NCBI GenBank assembly: GCA_963666835.2
Contig: CAXXGO010000006.1
Span: 640,001-704,000, forward strand
Length of the DNA stretch: 64,000 bases
Origin: Phycisphaerae bacterium
GTDB taxonomy: Bacteria > Planctomycetota > Phycisphaerae > UBA1845
Direction: 5' to 3'
This document shows positions 10,716 to 21,113 of the stretch, one piece after another. The number at the start of each line of letters is the position of its first letter. Position 1 is the stretch's first letter. A program made the translations under genes and the position numbers. The notes below the pieces were generated by a model. The model ran no database searches and had not been told where the DNA came from. It saw nothing but the letters and a program-made list of their open reading frames with translations.

Positions 10716-11831
10716 ATGCTGCAACGCAAGATAACGCGACAGGTAATGGTCGGGCCCGTTCCGATCGGCGGCGGCGCACCGGTCACGATCCAGTCCATGA
10801 CGAACACCCGCACGCGCGACATCGACGCCACCGTTGCGCAGATCTGTCGGCTTGCCCAGGCCGGGGCCGATCTGGTCCGCGTCGCGGTTCCAGACGAGAG
10901 CGATACGGCCGCCCTACCCGAGATTCTCCGCCAATCGCCGGTTCCGCTGATTGCCGATGTTCACTTCCATTTCGAGCGCGCCCTCGAGGCGATCGAGGCC
11001 GGTGCGCACAAGATCCGGCTGAACCCGGGGAACATAAAGGACCGCAAGCAGGTCGACCGCGTGATCGCCGCCTGTCGCGAGCGGGGGGTTCCCATCCGCG
11101 TCGGAGTGAACGAGGGCAGTGTCGTCGAGCGAACGGACAAGGTCCTCCGCACCGCGCAGAAAGAACGGCTGGCCGGGGACTATCGCTCGCAGATGGTCCG
11201 GCTCATGATCGAAGCGCTGGAGGGCTATCTGTGCATCTTCGATGAGAACGACTTTCGCGACGTCGTGATTAGCCTCAAGTGTTCCGATGCGGCAATGACT
11301 ATTGACGCCTGTCGTGCTGCCGCCGGCCGATTCGACCTTCCACTTCACTTAGGGGTCACGCATGCCGGCCCGCCCGAGACCGGGAGAATCCGCTCCGTCG
11401 CCGCGTTGAGTGCGCTGCTGTCGGGCGGGATCGGAAACACCATTCGCATCTCTTATGCGTGTGATCCGATCCACGAAGTCGAAGACGCCGTGGAACTGCT
11501 CTGCACGCTGGGCTTGCGCCGGCATGCCGGGCTCGAGCTGATCGCCTGCCCAACCTGCGGCCGCACTGAGATCGATCTGGTCAGGCTGGTGGACGATGTG
11601 CGCCGGAAGCTGGCCTCTATTCAGGCTCCGGTCCGGGTGGCGGTGATGGGCTGCATAGTAAACGGTCCGGGCGAAGCGGAAGGCGCCGACGTTGCGATCT
11701 GTGCGGGGAGAGGTCGCGGCGTCATCTATGTACAAGGAGAGCGGGTGCGCACCGTTTCGGAGGCTGAGATGCTTGGCGCCCTATTCGAAGAGACGCAAGC
11801 CTTCGTGAACCGGGCGAAACCGGCGTCTTAA
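10716..11831 (+). CDS. ispG: HMBPP synthase (GcpE)
   Basis: IQSMTNT, ADVHF, RLNPGNI, RVGVNEGS, CPTCGR and MGCIVNGPGEA. Confidence 0.97.
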   Translation: MLQRKITRQVMVGPVPIGGGAPVTIQSMTNTRTRDIDATVAQICRLAQAGADLVRVAVPDESDTAALPEILRQSPVPLIADVHFHFERALEAIEAGAHKIRLNPGNIKDRKQVDRVIAACRERGVPIRVGVNEGSVVERTDKVLRTAQKERLAGDYRSQMVRLMIEALEGYLCIFDENDFRDVVISLKCSDAAMTIDACRAAAGRFDLPLHLGVTHAGPPETGRIRSVAALSALLSGGIGNTIRISYACDPIHEVEDAVELLCTLGLRRHAGLELIACPTCGRTEIDLVRLVDDVRRKLASIQAPVRVAVMGCIVNGPGEAEGADVAICAGRGRGVIYVQGERVRTVSEAEMLGALFEETQAFVNRAKPAS

Positions 11832-11836
11832 TGCAC

Positions 11837-12034
11837 TTACTTCCTCGCGTGCAGGTGGGTTCCGCACTGGGCGCAGTAAACGGCTCCCTCGCGGTTGACT
11901 TCCTTGCAGCGCGGGCATCGCCGGGCGGAGCGGCGGGTCGCGGTCGCCAGGAAGACGATAACTGCCACCAGGGCGACACACAGGAATCCCCGATCACCAA
12001 AGTGGAAAGCTATGGCCCACGCAGCCCCATTCAT
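11837..12034 (-). CDS. Small membrane protein with zinc ribbon
   Basis: One TM followed by CPRC...CAQC. Confidence 0.6.
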   Translation of the reverse strand: MNGAAWAIAFHFGDRGFLCVALVAVIVFLATATRRSARRCPRCKEVNREGAVYCAQCGTHLHARK

Positions 12035-12067
12035 GCGTAACCGCTCCAGGGGATAACTTCCGGCATG

Positions 12068-13126
12068 TTACTTCAGGCCGTCCCGCAGCTTCCGGCATAA
12101 CCGGAAGTACTCCAGAATCTCGCGATGAAGCTCACGATCCTCCGCGCTCGCCGCGGCGACCGCATCCTCCTGCAGGGCGATTGCCCGATCGACGTCGCCC
12201 ACCTGATATACGGCGCGGGCATAAAGGGCCGTTGCCAATGCGTCCTTACCCTCCGCGCCTTCGTAGGCCGCCTTAGCCGCCTCCAGTGCCAGATCCGGCA
12301 TGCGCATCGTCATGTCCATACCGGAGGACAACGCCGCCGCCAGACGCTGCATGGCCAGGACGTTATTACGGTTGGTGGCGATGTGCGTGCTCGCCCAGTC
12401 CCGCATGGCCTTTTTGTCCTGGGTCTCGTTAGTGTAGATCTGTACCAGAACGTCAATCGCTCCGGCATTGGAGGGGTCCAGTTTCAGGATGCCCACCAGT
12501 CCGTCCCACACTACCGAGAACTGCCCCATCTGGGCCGGCAACTCCAGAGCCTGGAAACGCCGCTCCACTTCCGCCTGGACCTTCGCGCGCGAGAGGTCGT
12601 AGGTTCCCTCTACGACGTCGGTAAGCACGTCCTCCAGTGACGGGTCCAGCGGACTGCCCTGCCAGAGGATGTTTCCCGACTTGCCCACGATGAACGCATG
12701 AGGGATCCCCGAGACCCCCGCCGCCCGCATGTACGCATCCGACGTCCTCGTCCCGTTGTCAATGGCCACCCGATAGTCCATCTCCGCGCCCAGCTTCCGT
12801 ACGAACCTGCGCACCGCCGAAGGAGTGTTGCCGATACTGTCGGGTGTCGTAACTCCGATGATGGCCAACCGGTCTCCGTACTTCTTCTGGAATTCCGTAA
12901 GACGCGGGATCGTTGCCTTGCAGGGAGGGCACCACGTTGCCCAGAATTCCACCATGTGAACACGTCTGGACGCATCCCTGGCCAGGTCAACCGGATCGCC
13001 CTTGACCCATTCGGATACGGAGAGAGCCGGGGCCTTATCTCCGACACTCAACCCGGCGGCGTTGATCGGCCCGCACAGCAGGACCACTACGGCTACCGTC
13101 GACAGCAATACGGCGAAACGTTTCAT
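12068..13126 (-). CDS. TlpA/redoxin-family thiol-disulfide oxidoreductase with TPR-like C-terminus
   Basis: Signal peptide, VGDKAP, EFWATWCPPC, GIPHAFIV. Confidence 0.88.
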   Translation of the reverse strand: MKRFAVLLSTVAVVVLLCGPINAAGLSVGDKAPALSVSEWVKGDPVDLARDASRRVHMVEFWATWCPPCKATIPRLTEFQKKYGDRLAIIGVTTPDSIGNTPSAVRRFVRKLGAEMDYRVAIDNGTRTSDAYMRAAGVSGIPHAFIVGKSGNILWQGSPLDPSLEDVLTDVVEGTYDLSRAKVQAEVERRFQALELPAQMGQFSVVWDGLVGILKLDPSNAGAIDVLVQIYTNETQDKKAMRDWASTHIATNRNNVLAMQRLAAALSSGMDMTMRMPDLALEAAKAAYEGAEGKDALATALYARAVYQVGDVDRAIALQEDAVAAASAEDRELHREILEYFRLCRKLRDGLK

Positions 13127-13433
13127 TCTGATTGACTCCCGCACGTGTTGGCAAACCACTCGGTATCGGTCAAGGAGTCGCAAACGAGGACGTCCTCCCT
13201 CAGCGGACCATCCACTCGTGTGCCTCCAAAACGAACACCAGACCCGAATCATGCCCCGGGCAGGTGTAGGAAATCCGTGACGACTTCTATCTAGGCTCTA
13301 TTTCGACTAATCCCGCCGTGCCGGCCCTGACGCCGATCGATCCGGAAGCGATACGCCCGGCTGAACCGCGCCGCCGGATTAAGCGTAGTCTAACCGAGTC
13401 GGCGCTTAGTGGGTATACATGAATGGTCCGCAG

Positions 13434-14594
13434 TTAGTTCACGGATAATCGCCGCAGGCGTCGGCAGCCGTCCTCCAGGTCGGAGGCTCTCTTGGCATAG
13501 CAGAACCGCAACTGCTGTGCGCCGTCGGCCGGGTTCCGATAAAAACTGGGACCCGGAACCGTCGCCACGCCGACTTTCTCCAGAATCGCTTCGGTGGCCG
13601 CGGTGGCATCAGCCCACCGCCCGTCCTCGAATCTGGCCAGCAGGTAATAGCTCCCCGCCGGGACGAATACTTCGAAGCCGACCTCTCGCAGCGCGTCGAC
13701 CAGCAGGTCGCGCTTCAAGAGATAGTCCCGTCGCATCTCGTCGTAATAGGAGTCCGGCAGTCTCAGCCCGGCTTCGACCCCGTGCTGCAAGGGGGCCGGA
13801 GCGCAGATGTAGAAAAGGTCGTTGACGACGCCTATCCGGTCGATCACTTCTGCGGGTCCGACCGCGTAGCCGATCCGCCAGCCGGTGACGGCATAAGATT
13901 TGGAGGCACCGCTGATGGTGATCGTGCGCTCGCGAGCTTCCGGAAGACTACCGACGCTCAGGTGGGGGCGATCGTAGGTGATGTACTCGTAGATTTCGTC
14001 GGTCACGATCCAGGCGTTGTGCCGCTGGGCTAAGTCCGCGATCTCCCGTAGCTCGGCTTCAGTAAACACCTTCCCGGTCGGGTTGGCCGGGGTGTTAACC
14101 ACAATCATCCGCGTCCGGTCGGTGAACGCGGCCTTCAGGTCCTGTGCCCGGTACTCCCAATTCGGCGGCTGCAGGTCGACGTAGCGGATCTTCACGCCCA
14201 GCATGTGCAATAGGTATACGTGGTAACCGTAGAACGGCGAGAAAACCACGCACTCGTCGCCGACGTTCAGAATCGACAGGCAGGAGCAAGCGAACGCCCC
14301 GGCCGAGCCCACGGTGACGGCGACTTCGGTCTCGGGATTGCACTCTATGCGGTTGAAAACGCGCATTTTATCGGAAATGGCCCGGCGAAGCTCGATGATA
14401 CCGCGGAGGTTCGTGTAGACGGCGTGGTCGTCGTTGATGGCTTGTCGGGCGGCCTGCTTGACGGCGTCGGGAGCGGGCTGATCGCATACTCCCTGGGAGA
14501 GGTTCACGCCTCCCATCGCGGCGCACATCGCCGAGTAGCGGCGGATGTCCGATTGCCTGATCGACTTCACCCGATCGGCTAGGGGTCTGTCCAC
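13434..14594 (-). CDS. PLP-dependent aminotransferase class I/II
   Basis: NTPANPTG, DEIY, GASKSYAVTGWRIG. Confidence 0.93.
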   Translation of the reverse strand: MDRPLADRVKSIRQSDIRRYSAMCAAMGGVNLSQGVCDQPAPDAVKQAARQAINDDHAVYTNLRGIIELRRAISDKMRVFNRIECNPETEVAVTVGSAGAFACSCLSILNVGDECVVFSPFYGYHVYLLHMLGVKIRYVDLQPPNWEYRAQDLKAAFTDRTRMIVVNTPANPTGKVFTEAELREIADLAQRHNAWIVTDEIYEYITYDRPHLSVGSLPEARERTITISGASKSYAVTGWRIGYAVGPAEVIDRIGVVNDLFYICAPAPLQHGVEAGLRLPDSYYDEMRRDYLLKRDLLVDALREVGFEVFVPAGSYYLLARFEDGRWADATAATEAILEKVGVATVPGPSFYRNPADGAQQLRFCYAKRASDLEDGCRRLRRLSVN

Positions 14595-15004
14595 AGAGTC
14601 ACTCCTTCACGCCTCCCCGAGAGGTTCACCGTCCGTCGGGACGCTCCCCCTCCCGAATGCGGCTATGCCTGAAGGACGAGTATAGACCGGCGCGTTGTCC
14701 CCGCCAAACTGATTGCGCAGACCTTCTCGTGGAGCATCGCCTGCGTATGAGGGCAGCGACGGCGTGCGTGCGGCACGGCCGAGGCACGAGACCTGCCGTT
14801 GGTCTTCGCGACACCCCCGGTGACCCTCCACCAGCCCTTCGGGACCGGAGCGCGTGGGGAGCGATCTCACCCACGGGTACCGTTTCGCAACCACCCACCG
14901 TAACCGACCGCATCGGCCCATGGTGCTGGTGAGCGCTTACGGAAGAAACTCACTTGGAGCGACAGCAGCTTGACACGACACGGGTTCACGGCTTTCGTGT
15001 CGTG

Positions 15005-16444
15005 CTAGTGGCACTGTGCGCCGGCAACCATACTGCCGGGGAACGACCCGCGGGCGAGTTTTGGTTCGTAACCGGTGCGCCGGTGGTACTCATGCAAGGC
15101 CGCTTCCAAGGCCGCGTCGGCCTCGCCGCTCGCCCGTAGCAGGACGGTGACCCCGCCGCCGCAGCCGCGCCCGGAGATCTTCGCCCCGTAAACACCGGCT
15201 TCGGCCCCGTGGCGGCGAATGAGATTGACCAGCAGATCGGTCTCGACACTGCCCAGCCCGCAGCGTTGCCCGTAGCTCCAGTGAGAGGCGTACATCAGTT
15301 CGCCGGCTTCTGCGAGGATACCATAATCACCGTTACGGATGGATCGAGACAGGCACTCGACGAACTGACAGGACCGCGTGTGTTCATAGATGTGGTGCTC
15401 CGTACGCGAGCGGACCTTATAAATAACGTCCGGATCGATTCGGGTAAGCGCATCCCCCGTTTCGCCGAACCGATCGAGAAACTCGCGGCCTTTCAGTTTC
15501 GTGGGGATTCGGTCGCGGAAACGCTCGACGTAGTCGTTAATGGAGATCCGCGACAGCGAGCCGTCCCACTCGATGAAGTCGCCGCCTTCGTGCCGGATGA
15601 TCCGATCGATCAACAGACGGCCCATGAACGACGCGACTCGCGCCTGCTCGTACTTGGCCTTGGACTCGGGATGCAGCACACCCGTATCCACCCCGGCGAG
15701 CACCAGATCGTCCGGCAAGGGCACCTGACGTCCCAGCGAATAGGGCTCCCCGCGCAGTTGCCGGATCGTCTGCGGTTCACCCAGAAGAGCGCACACGGCA
15801 TCCCCGGCGCCGATGGCGGCGTCCAGCCACTCATTCTCCACCCGTTGGCAAACACGCACGGCCTGCTCCGGTTCGACAGTGAAATCCAAAGCCCGAGCCG
15901 TGGCGATTAACGTAGCCGCCGCAACCGCCGCGCCGTGCCCGGCGTCCGTAAACTCCGCCAATTCCGAGCTCACGACGATCGATACGCCGCTGTTGAAATC
16001 CGGAGCTACGTTCGCCCGGACGGTCTCCACGAGGACTCCCAGCGCACAACGCGATGCCCGCCCGGCATCGGATAAGTCATCGGCGAGATCGGCCGCGCGA
16101 GGTCCGGCGCCGTCCCCGAACAGCCTGGCCAGGGGCAGCTCGAGGCAGGTGTCGGCGCTTGCCAAGTCGGTAATCGAGACCATTCCATCGGTGCGCGGCT
16201 GCACCCCGACACAGGCATGGTGGGCGATCGGCTTGTTGAGGATCAGAGCTCCGGTGTATTCGGCGATGCCGCCCATAACATCCAGACGGCCGGGAGCCGA
16301 TGCAACGCAGCGCGCTGCACCAACCGGCAGACGTTCGAGGACTGCGGAAGCCAGCGGAGACCGCATGGCGTCATCCGCCGCTGCCGGCGCAGCCACGCCG
16401 GATACTGTTCCGACTTGCGATACTACTGTTTCTTGTCCTGGCAT
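15005..16444 (-). CDS. GHMP kinase-like protein (galactokinase/L-arabinokinase type) with degenerate ATP-binding loop
   Basis: APGRLDVMGGIAEY, GELMYASHWSY, GAKISGRGCGG; the PxxxGxSSSAA motif is missing. Confidence 0.8.
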   Translation of the reverse strand: MPGQETVVSQVGTVSGVAAPAAADDAMRSPLASAVLERLPVGAARCVASAPGRLDVMGGIAEYTGALILNKPIAHHACVGVQPRTDGMVSITDLASADTCLELPLARLFGDGAGPRAADLADDLSDAGRASRCALGVLVETVRANVAPDFNSGVSIVVSSELAEFTDAGHGAAVAAATLIATARALDFTVEPEQAVRVCQRVENEWLDAAIGAGDAVCALLGEPQTIRQLRGEPYSLGRQVPLPDDLVLAGVDTGVLHPESKAKYEQARVASFMGRLLIDRIIRHEGGDFIEWDGSLSRISINDYVERFRDRIPTKLKGREFLDRFGETGDALTRIDPDVIYKVRSRTEHHIYEHTRSCQFVECLSRSIRNGDYGILAEAGELMYASHWSYGQRCGLGSVETDLLVNLIRRHGAEAGVYGAKISGRGCGGGVTVLLRASGEADAALEAALHEYHRRTGYEPKLARGSFPGSMVAGAQCH

Positions 16445-16471
16445 TGTTTGGTCACATCGATGCTCTGATGG

Positions 16472-16870
16472 CTAGCATACATCTTGAAGAACCGTTTCCT
16501 CAACAAAAATCGGAGAGCCGGTACCGGCTCCGATGGCGATAGCGTCTGACGGTCGCGAGTCAATCTCGACCAGCTCGCCGTTGCGCCGCAACACCAGTTT
16601 GGCATAAAACGTCGAGTCGCGCAAATCGCTGATCACGATGTGCTCGAGCTGACATTCCAACGTACCGATGATCCGGTCGATCAACTCATGGGTCATCGGG
16701 CGAGGCACCGGTATGCCCTTGGTGCGCCGGTCAATCGCGTAGGCTTCGTGGATCCCGATCAGAATCGGGAACGCCCGCTCACCGTTGACCTCACGGAGAA
16801 TGATCATCGACATCTTCTCGTCGTCGGCGTCGACGATGACAATTCGGGCGAGAACCATCCGTACCAGCAT
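16472..16870 (-). CDS. Bifunctional nuclease (DUF151) family protein
   Basis: FPILIGIHEA, RPMTHEL, IDSRPSDAIAIG. Confidence 0.92.
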   Translation of the reverse strand: MLVRMVLARIVIVDADDEKMSMIILREVNGERAFPILIGIHEAYAIDRRTKGIPVPRPMTHELIDRIIGTLECQLEHIVISDLRDSTFYAKLVLRRNGELVEIDSRPSDAIAIGAGTGSPIFVEETVLQDVC

Positions 16871-17005
16871 GATGATTCGTTCCGCTGAGGTCAAAGACCA
16901 CCCTATTGGCGGGTGGGCTATTGTCAAGTTAACACACTTCCGCAGGCCGGGAGGTACTCCCCACCATAGGGCATTGTAACGGGCAGGCGATCCGCGGACC
17001 ATCCC

Positions 17006-17869
17006 CTAATCAGAATGATCCTCCAACGCCTGCTGCAACTCCGCCAACTCGCCCGGCACCATCTCAATGCTGTTTCCCACCGTGGGGAAACGCCCATCGG
17101 TCACATCCGTCGCGTAAGAACGGAACGCGCCGACAAGCTGATCGTGGAGGCGAGTATACTGCTTCACGGAGCGCGGCGGATGCCCGCCGCCGAACCCGAG
17201 CATATCGTGCAACACTACCACCTGTCCATCGCAGTGAGGCCCCGACGCGCAACCGATCACCGGAACGCCGGAACGCTCCATGATGACGGCGGCCAGCTCC
17301 ATCGGTACAGCCTCAAGCAGTAGTGCTATCGCCCCCGCTTCCTCCATCATCTTGGCGTCTTCGACAATCTGCAGAGCTTCCCGGGCATGTTTGCCCTGGG
17401 CTCGATAGCCCCCGAGGCTCTGAATCGATTGGGGTTTCAGCCCCAAATGGGCCATCACGGGGATGGTGGCCGTGGCCATCGCTTCGACCGTTTTGACCAG
17501 CCGACGATCGACTTCGACTTTGACGCAATCACAGCCCGCGCGCGCCATGAACATGCCGGCGTTGCGGATGGCATCCTCGGGGCACACCTGATAGCTCAGG
17601 TATGGCATGTCGCCGACCAGGTACGCCGAAGGGGCGCCGCGACGGACCGCCTCGGCCAACGTCACCATGTGCTCGATCGTAACCGGCAACGTGGTGGTAT
17701 GCCCGAGGCATACTTCGCCGTAGGTGTCACCGACGAGTAGCGAGTCGACCTCGGCCTCTTCCATCAATCGCGCCATCGCGTAGTCGTAGCACGTGATCAT
17801 AGAGATCTTACGTGACTCTCGTTTCCACGCGCGCAGGGTCCCGATCGATACTTTGGTCCGCGGACTCAT
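17006..17869 (-). CDS. panB: 3-methyl-2-oxobutanoate hydroxymethyltransferase
   Basis: MITCYD, LLVGD, GDMPYLSY, AHLGLKPQS, DGQVVVLHDMLG. Confidence 0.95.
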   Translation of the reverse strand: MSPRTKVSIGTLRAWKRESRKISMITCYDYAMARLMEEAEVDSLLVGDTYGEVCLGHTTTLPVTIEHMVTLAEAVRRGAPSAYLVGDMPYLSYQVCPEDAIRNAGMFMARAGCDCVKVEVDRRLVKTVEAMATATIPVMAHLGLKPQSIQSLGGYRAQGKHAREALQIVEDAKMMEEAGAIALLLEAVPMELAAVIMERSGVPVIGCASGPHCDGQVVVLHDMLGFGGGHPPRSVKQYTRLHDQLVGAFRSYATDVTDGRFPTVGNSIEMVPGELAELQQALEDHSD

Positions 17870-18036
17870 ACGAGCCAGGATATGCTCAGGGTCGCCGATT
17901 GACAAGACGGCGGAGAAACGCGTCATTCACCGTAATGAGGCCCTTCCTGAAGCGTCAGAGGGGATATTGGCTCTTTGTCGGCCGTTCTGGTAGATTATTG
18001 TCTGAGAAGGGGCGCCTGTTTGAAGGAGTGGTGCTG

Positions 18037-18483
18037 ATGCAGGTCAACATGCAAGCCTGGGGTTGCAGTTTCGACGATTTGGCAAACCAGGTACATACGA
18101 TGATGGGGGAGATGGGCGGGCGCAACTACTTTCGGTCGCACGCCTCGGAGACTTGGTCTCCGCGCATGAACCTCTACGAGACCGAAGCCCGCTACGTTGT
18201 CTGCGTGGAACTGGCCGGGACCCGGCGCGAGAGTATCGAAGTGCGCGCGGGTGAAGGCGTTTTGCACATCTGCGGTTCGCGCGGAAAACCGATCCCGCCC
18301 GATCAGGCCACGGCGGAGGTCAGCGTCCACCTGATGGAAATCGACTCCGGCCGTTTCCATCGCAAGCTGCCGTTGCCGACCGATGTAGTTTCCGAGAAGA
18401 TCGGCGCATTGTATCGGCAAGGGTATCTGTGGATAACACTGCCTCGCGATCCGACCTCCGGAAAACCAGCCAATGAACGATGA
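18037..18483 (+). CDS. Hsp20/alpha-crystallin small heat-shock protein
   Basis: WSPRMNLYET, ELAG, MEIDSGRFHRKLPLP, YRQGYLWITLP; overlaps the lon start. Confidence 0.9.
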   Translation: MQVNMQAWGCSFDDLANQVHTMMGEMGGRNYFRSHASETWSPRMNLYETEARYVVCVELAGTRRESIEVRAGEGVLHICGSRGKPIPPDQATAEVSVHLMEIDSGRFHRKLPLPTDVVSEKIGALYRQGYLWITLPRDPTSGKPANER

Positions 18484-21061
18484 TAGCGAGACGCGCCCAG
18501 CCGTCCCCGCGGAGAACTCGTTCGACGAGCCGGACGACATCGAGGAAATCGTGGAAGTATCCCGCGGCGACCGGGATGAATCTGATTCGGAAACTGTCAG
18601 AATCCCCGAGCGCTTGGCCGTTTTGCCGATTCGCGACACCGTAGCTTTCCCGGGCACCGTCATGCCGCTGCAGATCAAGCGCGAGAAATCCAAGCGCGTC
18701 TTGGACATGGCATTGGCCGGCTCGCGGTTGATTGCGGTGGTAGCTCAGCGTGCCGCCGAGACCGAGGACCCGCGATTGGAAGACCTGTATAGCGTGGGTA
18801 CGGCGTGCTTCATCCTCAAGATGTTGAAGATGACGGACGGGACCGAGACGATCGTAGTACACGGGTTACGTCGGGTTCGCGTCGAGGAAATCAACGAAGA
18901 GCAGGGTTATCTCGAAGCGCGGGTGGACCCGCACCGCGATGCGGAGGAGGTCACGACCGAGCAGCAGGCTTTGGTGCATACGGTGCGGAAAGCTGCCGAG
19001 CGGATCCTCGCGTTGTCGCCCGAGGTCCCCGACGAAGCTCAACAGGTGCTCCGCGATCTTGACACGCCGGGGGGGCTGGCGGATTTCCTGGCGGCCAATC
19101 TGCCGTTGGGCCTTGTCCACAAGCAGGATATTCTCGAGACCTTCGATGTGACCGAACGGCTGCGCAAAGTTAATCTGGCGGTAGCGGCTCAATTAGATGT
19201 GGTTGAGCTATCCAGCAAGATCCAGGAACAGGTCAGAAGCCAGGTCGATCAATCACAGCGCGAGTATTACTTGCGCCAGCAGATGAAGGCTATCCGCAAG
19301 GAACTCGGTGAGCAGGACGGTCGGACCGGAACGCTTATCGAGCTGCGCGATCGGATAGAGAAAGCGAAGATGCCGGAGGGGGCGCAGACCGAAGCATATC
19401 GCGAGGTCGATCGCATGGAGCATATCCCGCAAGCCTCTCCCGAATACGGCATGGCTTTGGACTACGTCGAGTGGCTTGTGGAACTGCCCTGGTCGGTCAG
19501 CACCAAGGACAAGCTGGATATCGACCAGGCCGCGAAGATTCTCGACGAGGATCACTACGGTCTGGACAAGATCAAGAAGCGGATTCTCGAGTTCCTCGCC
19601 GTGCGCACGCTCCGCAAGGATACGCGGGGTCCGATCCTGTGCTTCGCCGGACCGCCCGGAGTAGGCAAGACTTCCCTGGGTCAGAGTATCGCCCGGGCGA
19701 TGGGTCGCAAGTTCATCCGGATCTCGCTGGGCGGCGTTCATGATGAAGCCGCCATCCGAGGTCACCGGCGAACGTACATCGGGTCCATGCCAGGGCGGAT
19801 CATCCGCGAGATTCGCCGGGCCGGCAGCAACAACCCCCTTTTTATGTTGGATGAGATCGACAAGATTGCCCAGGATCTGCACGGTGACCCGATGTCGGCT
19901 CTGCTCGAGGTACTCGACCCCGCCCAGAACACGACGTTCTCCGATCACTATCTCGGGATCCCGTTCGATCTGTCCAAGGTGTTGTTCATCACGACCGCCA
20001 ACTACATCGGCGCCATCGAGCCGGCCCTTTACGATCGAATGGAAGTGATCGAGCTGAACAGCTATACCCGGCACGAGAAGCTGAAGATCGCCCGGCAGTA
20101 CCTGCTGCCGCGACAGCTCGAGGAGAACGGTCTGACCCCCGAGCAGATCGAAATAGATGACGAAATACTGGCACTAATCATCGCAGATTACACCCGGGAG
20201 GCCGGGGTGCGCACGTTGGAGCGGAAGATCGGCGCCGTATGCCGCGCCCGGGCGACCGCCATTGTGCGGCAGGCCGCCGTAAACGGGCCGGTTACTCCGG
20301 AAGAGATAAAGGAAACCCTGGGACCGCAGGAGTTCGAATCCGAGGTGGCTGCCAAGGAGGCGGCACTCGGCGTGGTGACCGGGTTGGCGTTCACCGCGGT
20401 AGGCGGAGAGATTCTCTTCATCGAGGCGACCAAGATGCCGGGCACCGGTCAACTGAATCTCACCGGGCAGCTCGGCGATGTGATGCGCGAATCCGCCGTG
20501 GCGGCGAGTTCCATTATCCGCAGCCGCCTCGGGGTGTGGGACGTTCAACCGGGTGATTATCGTTCCTTCGACTTCCATGTTCACGTGCCCGCCGGAGCCG
20601 TCCCCAAAGACGGCCCGTCCGCCGGGGTGGCGATTCTGGCCGCAATGATCTCCATACTGACCGGCGAACCGGTTGACCCGACTATCGGAATGACCGGCGA
20701 GATAACCCTGAGCGGGCGCGTGTTGCCCGTCGGCGGACTACGTGAAAAAGCTCTCGCGGCCCATCGCGCCGGGCTCAAGCAGGTGATCATCCCGGCCCGA
20801 AACGTCTCAGATCTGGAGGAGATCGCCGAGGACATCAGAGAACAGATCCAATTCGTTCCGGTGGACACGATCGACACGGCGCTTAATCTCATCTTCGGAG
20901 ACAGGACGAAGACTACCAAGAAGAAGCGTAAGAAGAAGACCGCCGGCAAGAAGAAGGCGGCCAAAGCCGCAAAAGGAACCCGGAAGAAGAAGCCTGCCGT
21001 CAAGAAAAAGACCGCACGCGGTACGGTCAAGAAACGGAAACGCGCCGCGGCCGGAGGATAA
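18473..21061 (+). CDS. lon: Lon protease with basic Lys/Ala/Arg-rich C-terminal tail
   Basis: GPPGVGKTS, LDEIDK, PKDGPSAG (catalytic Ser), GGLREK. Confidence 0.97.
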   Translation: MNDDSETRPAVPAENSFDEPDDIEEIVEVSRGDRDESDSETVRIPERLAVLPIRDTVAFPGTVMPLQIKREKSKRVLDMALAGSRLIAVVAQRAAETEDPRLEDLYSVGTACFILKMLKMTDGTETIVVHGLRRVRVEEINEEQGYLEARVDPHRDAEEVTTEQQALVHTVRKAAERILALSPEVPDEAQQVLRDLDTPGGLADFLAANLPLGLVHKQDILETFDVTERLRKVNLAVAAQLDVVELSSKIQEQVRSQVDQSQREYYLRQQMKAIRKELGEQDGRTGTLIELRDRIEKAKMPEGAQTEAYREVDRMEHIPQASPEYGMALDYVEWLVELPWSVSTKDKLDIDQAAKILDEDHYGLDKIKKRILEFLAVRTLRKDTRGPILCFAGPPGVGKTSLGQSIARAMGRKFIRISLGGVHDEAAIRGHRRTYIGSMPGRIIREIRRAGSNNPLFMLDEIDKIAQDLHGDPMSALLEVLDPAQNTTFSDHYLGIPFDLSKVLFITTANYIGAIEPALYDRMEVIELNSYTRHEKLKIARQYLLPRQLEENGLTPEQIEIDDEILALIIADYTREAGVRTLERKIGAVCRARATAIVRQAAVNGPVTPEEIKETLGPQEFESEVAAKEAALGVVTGLAFTAVGGEILFIEATKMPGTGQLNLTGQLGDVMRESAVAASSIIRSRLGVWDVQPGDYRSFDFHVHVPAGAVPKDGPSAGVAILAAMISILTGEPVDPTIGMTGEITLSGRVLPVGGLREKALAAHRAGLKQVIIPARNVSDLEEIAEDIREQIQFVPVDTIDTALNLIFGDRTKTTKKKRKKKTAGKKKAAKAAKGTRKKKPAVKKKTARGTVKKRKRAAAGG

Positions 21062-21113
21062 ACGAAAGCCGTGCTCGGCCCGGCTCGATGATTATGATTC
21101 TGGGATCAATGAT

